From the human T2T-CHM13v2.0 reference genome, Homo sapiens: DNA of 64,000 bases. The stretch lies in assembly GCF_009914755.1 (NCBI RefSeq), contig NC_060927.1; one strand, written 5' to 3'. The notes under the pieces were generated by a model. That model had not been told where the DNA came from and did no database searches. It worked only from the letters and a program-made list of their open reading frames with translations. A program made the position numbers and the translations under genes. Shown one piece after another: positions 58,501 through 64,000 of the stretch. The stretch's first letter is position 1, and every line of letters begins with the position of its first letter.

Positions 58501-58830
58501 AAGCCCACTTCTATAAGTATCAGGAAACTGCCACTACTGAGCTTCTCAATGATGCCAGTGTTTCTCTCCCTAGTGAATGCCTTACCACTTACATGACGGA
58601 CGTGTCCCCTAGACCCTCTCTGGAAATATAGTTAGCTAGTGGTTTCACTTATCTTATAAATAATCTTACTTAATAAATTCATTTTACACACTTTTCTATA
58701 CTTTTAATCCTTGGTCAAGTCTGTGCCATAGTATTCTGATGTCTATACATTTACTGGCATTTTTTCTAGCCCTAAGGAACTATCTCAGCTCAAGAATCAT
58801 AAAAACTAAGGGGTCATTTACAGGGCACCA
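55581..58830 (-). mobile_element. Decayed ERVL (class III ERV) internal region with an integrase remnant, split by an MLT2 LTR
   Basis: Minus strand 56479-56438 translates to HHPEADDLIEQWKG, resembling the ERVL integrase HP(Q/E)AAGLIERWNG motif; directly abuts the LTR; far boundary approximate. Confidence 0.6.
57300..57741 (+). mobile_element. MLT2-family ERVL solo LTR
   Basis: tgtgatgattaattttatg...cagattgtcctctataatgtgg...ccaatcagttgaa...tgtttctctggagaaagctgactaataca, with the internal TA/CA run typical of MLT2. Confidence 0.85.
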
Positions 58831-58902
58831 ATAACAGGTGCTCCAAAAACAAAAAGAGAAATCCTTTCCTATTTTTTATTGTCTAATATATGGCCCTAAA
58901 TT

Positions 58903-59109
58903 CTGTACTGCCCAATACAGTAGCCACTTGCCACATCTGACTATTTAAATTTAAATAAATTAAAATTAAATCAAATTTAAATGTCAATTTCTCACTTACA
59001 CTAGCTACATTTCAGTTGCTCAACAGCCACTTGTGGCTAATGACTACTTTCTTGGACAGGGCAGACAGAAAATATTCTTCCTCACAGAAAGTTCTATTGG
59101 AGAGTACTG
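58903..59109 (-). mobile_element. MER3
   Basis: Reverse-complement homologue of 25042-25241 (cagtagccacttgccacat...cagaaagttctattgga). Confidence 0.85.
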
Positions 59110-59559
59110 CTTTAAAGTATCTCATATTTCTTCTACCTAAAAATATTATTAGCTATCATTTTCATTTATTTATACACTACACTATTGCCACCTCTTTACA
59201 ATTATTTCTTGCAGCAAGCTTCTGAGACAGCTTCTATTTCTATCCTCACCATCAATATCACAGATGACAATCTCTAATATATTAAGATATGAGTTTTCCT
59301 AAATTTATGTAGCCAAAAAGTGGTGGGTCTGGGAAATAAACTCAGATCACCTGTCTCCAAATCCACTTCATAATGGTGCTTCCAGAGATCCTATTTTTCT
59401 TCTGACTTATATTTATCGCTATTATTTGATGTTAATATATACATTGAAGAGGAGTCATGGATCCTGGTACTGTGTGCTGTGAGAAGATGATAAATTTAAT
59501 GTTTATGCGTGTGTGAGAGAGAAAAAAAAAAGGTGACACCTAGCAGTAATAACTAATAG

Positions 59560-61238
59560 AAAGTAGAAAAATGAATACAACCTCACAGAAATGTGAGACA
59601 ACTTTAAGTACACCAATAAATATGTAATGGGGAAATCAGAAAGAATGGAGAAAAAGAAAGGAATATAAAAATATTTGCAGAAATAATGACTAAAAGCTTT
59701 TCAAATTTGCAAAAAAAAGACATTAATCCACAAATTCAAGAAGCTCAACAAACTCCAAGTAGGATAAATTGAAAGAAATCTACACCCAAGCACTTCATAA
59801 AAAAAAGTTGAAAGACAGAGAAAATCTTGAAAGCAACAAGAGAAAAATGACCCATCACATACAGGAGAACCTCAATAAGATTAGCAGAGGACGCCACATC
59901 AGAAACAATGAAGCCCAGAAGGCAATAGGATATTCAAAGTGCTGAAAGAAAAAAACCAGTGCATATTTGTCACCCAAGAATCTTACTTCTAGCAAAACTA
60001 TTTTTCAAATAATGAAGGCAAAATAAAGACATTCCAAAAATGCCAAAGCTGAGAGATTTATTGCTAGCAGATCCACCTTACAAAAAAATACTAAAGAAAG
60101 TTTTTCAGGCCAAAAGTCTATCAACATGAAAATTCAAATTCACATGAGCAAAAAAAGAGCACCAATAAATTTAATAGTGTAACTATAAAAGACAATATAA
60201 ATGCTATTTTTTATTCTCTTTAATAGTTTACAAAGTGATTATATAAAACAATATGCAAAGAATTATATTGTGGTGCTTATAACATATAGAAATATAGTAT
60301 ATTTGACAAGAACAGAAAAAGGAGCTGGGTAGAAGCAGAGTTGTACTGGAGTAAGGAAATGAAACCAGATGTTAAATCCACAGGAACAAATAAAGAGAAA
60401 CAGAAATGGGAAAAAAGGAGGTAAATGTAACAAGTTCTAGAAGTATGCACTTGCTCTTTATTTCTCAGTACTTTTAATAGACATAAAATTATATAAAGTA
60501 ATAAGTTTTACAAGGTATTATTGGGTTTGTGACATAGATGGGTGTAATACATATAACAGCAATACCACAGAAAGAAAGAAGAGGGAATAGAGCTATATAG
60601 AAGTAAAGTTTTCATATTATATTGAAATAAAGTTAGTATAAATCTGATAGTAGATCCTAATAGTTAAGATGTATATGGTAAGCTTGAAAGCAACTACTAA
60701 GAATATAGCTAAAAATTTTAGTAGAAAACTATTACAGGCATTAAAATATTACAATAGAAAATGTTCACTTAATGCAAATGAAAGCTGGAATGGCTATACT
60801 AATGTCAGATAAAGTAGACCTTAAAACAAAAAAGAGATAAAGAGGGGCATTTTATTACAATGAGTGACACTGGAAATGAATTACAGAAATACATTTGGGA
60901 ATTTCACAGATATGTGAAAATTGAAAAACATACTGCTAAACAACCAATGAGTCAAAGAAGAAATCACAAGGTAAAGTAAAGAACACTTAAGATGAATAAT
61001 GAAGACAGACGTATTAAAACTTACAGAATGCAGTTAAAGCCCTGCTAAGAGGTAAATTTATGGTTGTAAACACCTACATTAAAAGAGAAGACTGACCTCA
61101 AATCAACAACTAAGTATCCCTGTTAAGACAATAGAAAAAGAACAAACTAAATCCACAGCAAGCAGAAGGAAAATAATCATATGTATTAGAATGAAAATTA
61201 ATAAAATAGATGATTAACAATAGACAAAATCACCAGAA
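59560..61238 (+). mobile_element. Old L1M fragment (ORF1 to start of ORF2) with internal deletions
   Basis: attcaagaagctcaacaaactccaagtagga, gaaaatcttgaaagcaacaagagaaaaa and tcagataaagtagac (endonuclease) motifs; A-rich sense strand. Confidence 0.8.
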
Positions 61239-64000
61239 CGAGGAAGCAAGATGGTTGAATAGAAACCCTCCAGTGATTGTACCCCTTCAGGAACACCACA
61301 TGGATCAACTATCCACACAAGAAAACACCTTCATAAGAAACAAAAATTAGGTAGGTGACCACAGTGCCTGGTTTTAACATCATATCAAGGAAAGAGGCAC
61401 TGAAGAGGGTGGAAAAGACAGTCTTGTGTAGCCAACATGCCGTCTCCCACTTCCCCTGGCAGTGCTCCATGGCTTAGGGAGAAAGAGTCTGTGTGCTTCG
61501 GAGAGGGAGAGCAAAGTGATTGTGGGATGTTTCATTGGAACTCAGAGCTCCTTGTCAGAGCAGAAAGCAAAATAGGGCAGAATTCAGAATGCACCCTTGG
61601 AGGGAGCATTTAGATCAGCCCTAGCCAGAGGGGAAGTGTCCATCCCAGCCATTGAAACCTGAGTTTTGACTAGTCCCACCACCATGGGCTAAAAGACTCT
61701 GGGTCCTTAAATAAACTTGAAAGATGGCATAGGACACAAGGACTGTAATTCCTGGGAAGTCTTGGTGCTGTGCTGGGTGCAGAACCAGTGGACTTGGGGT
61801 GCATAAGATTCAGTGAGACACACCAGCTGGGATGGCCAAGTGTGAGCTTGGGCCACTGCTCCCCCAATTCCAAGCAACATAGCTCACAGCTTCAGGAGAC
61901 ACTCCTTCTGCTTGAGGAAAGGAGAGGGAAAAATAAAGGGGACTTTGTCTTGCAACTTGGATACCAGCGAGGCCACAGTACAATTAAGCACCAAGCAGAG
62001 TCATGGAGCCCCCATTCCAGCTGTAGCTCCTGGACAACATTTCTAGACCCACTCTGGGCCAGAAGGGAACCCACTTTCCTGAAGGGAAGAACCTAGTCCT
62101 GGCCTGTTTTATTACCTGCTGACTAAAAAGTCCTTGGGCTGTGAATAAACATCAGCGTTAGTCACAGAGTAGTTGCCACAGGCCTTGGGTGAGTCTCAGT
62201 ACCATGCTGGCTTCAGGTGTGACCTAGTGGATTCCCAGCTGTGGAGACCTTGGGGAGAGAATCCTTCCGCTTGAGGAAAAGAGAAAAAAGTGAAGAGGAC
62301 TTTGTCTAGCAAAGTGGGTACAGTTTAGCCACAGTAAAATAAAGTACCAAGCAGATTCCTAAAGTCCCTTATTTCAAGCCACAGCTCCTGGACCACATTT
62401 CTAGACCCTTCCTGAACAAGAAGGGAACCTAATTCTCTGAAGGGAGAGACCCAGGCCTGGCAGGATTTACCACCTGCTGACTAAGCAGGCCTTGGGCACA
62501 GGCTCTGGGGAAGACCCAGTACTGTGCTGGCTTCAAGTGTGACCCAGCATCATCCCAGCAGTGGTGGCTATAGGAGGACTTGTGTCATTCCTCCCCCAAC
62601 TACAAGCAGCTCAGTATAGAGAGACAGAGACTCTGTTTAGGGGAGAGTTAGGGAAAGGACCAAAAGACTTTGCCAGGGAATTATCCTGAATCTTACGGAA
62701 GATCATCAAGGTGGTACCTTTATAATTCTGCGAGAGTCACAGCATTACTAGGCTTGGGGTGCCCCCTAATGCACATAAAGCTGCAGTGAGCAAAGATTTA
62801 AACCACAATACTCAATTTGCTTTGAATACTTGAAAAGCCTTCTCCGGAAGGATGGGTACCCAGACTCTGAAGGTTAGAATATATACTTAACTCTTCAATG
62901 CCCAGACATTGACTAACATCCACAAGCATCAAGACCATCCAGGAAAACGTGACTCACCAAATTAACTGAATAAGGAACCAATGACAAATTCCAGAGTGAC
63001 TATATTGGGGAAGCTCAAGGAAATTCAAAATGACACAGAGAAGGTATTCAGAATCATATCAGATGAATTTAACAAAGAGATTGAAATAAATTTTTTAATC
63101 AAGCAGAAATTCTCAAGTTGAAAAATTCAGTTGACCAGCTAAAGAATGCATCAGAGCCTCTCAATTGATCAAGCAGAAAAAAGAATTAGTGAGCTTAAGA
63201 GAAACTGTATGAAAATACACAGAGGAGAAAAGAGAAAAAAGAATAACAGAAAAAAGCATGCCTAAAATATTTGGAAATAGGCTCAAAAAGCCAAATGTAA
63301 GAGTTATTGGCCTTGAAGAGAAGGCAGAGTGAGAGAATGGAGTAGAAAGTATATTCAAATAGATAATAACAGAGAATTTTCCAAACCTACATAAAGATAT
63401 CAATATTCGAGTACAAGAAAATTATAGAACACCAAGCAGATTTAATCCAAATAAAACTACCTCAAGACATTTAATAATTGAGCTACCAAAAGCAAGCATA
63501 AATAAAGGATCCTAAAAGCAACAAGACAAAAGAAACAAATAATATACAAAGAACCTCCAATATGTTTCAGCCTTCCCAGTAGAAATCTTATAAGCTAGGA
63601 GAGAGTTGCATGACATATTCAAAGTGCTGAATGAAAAAACCTTTTATCTTAGAATAGTATATTCCATAAAAATATTCTCCAAATAAAGGAGAAATAATAA
63701 TATTCCCAGACAAACAAAAGCTGAGGGATTGTCAACATGAGAACTGTCCTACAATAAATGCTAAACACAGTTCTTCAGTGTGAAATAAAAGGGCAATATC
63801 AAGCAATAAGAAATCATCTGAAGGTACAAAATTCATTGGTAATTGTAAGTGCATAGACAAATACAGTACATTATAACATTGTAATAACCAACTCATATCT
63901 TATAGGAAGACTAAAAGAGGAATCTATGAAAATAAATAACTATAACAATGTTTTAAGAGACAGACAATATAATAAGATATAAATGGAAACAAAAAGTTTA
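61239..64000 (+). mobile_element. L1PB/L1MA-type element 5' UTR and ORF1, continuing past the window end and nested in the older L1M
   Basis: gaggaagcaagatgg start; 5' UTR with internal repeats of about 360 nt (61903-62130 versus 62262-62485); homologous to the minus-strand L1MA 5' region (ggactttgtcttgcaacttg); ORF1-like sequence from about 62900. Confidence 0.88.

Noticed and set aside
61903-62560. Repeats of about 360 nt as a novel array
   Set aside because: Consistent with the tandem-repeat structure of L1PB/L1MA-type 5' UTRs

Overview
Human genomic DNA (it contains a human-specific AluYb8/Yb9-type insertion), AT-rich and intergenic or deep-intronic. I find no supportable host protein-coding exon, RNA gene or CRISPR-like array. 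More than half of the window is transposable elements. These include an old full-length minus-strand L1MA (1850-15426) with an Alu and a full-length L1PA3-type element nested in it, two twin-primed (5'-inverted) L1PA7-like copies, a 5'-truncated L1PA2/3, a complete THE1 (MaLR) provirus, ERVL/MaLR LTRs with an ERVL integrase remnant, MER3/MER53/MER63 DNA transposons and many MIR/L2 relics. The most unusual object is the L1PA3 insertion (7578-13864). Inside its own 14-bp target-site duplication (TSD) it carries about 136 nt of non-L1 sequence ahead of the 5' UTR. It also has a second inner direct repeat (GTCACCAAA) at both ends, which looks like a 5'+3' transduction that preserved the parent element's TSD. 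A largely repeat-free stretch at about 16.6-22.2 kb has octamer/E-box clusters and retained CpGs, suggesting regulatory DNA. Subfamily names come from my recall of consensus sequences, not from a RepeatMasker run.
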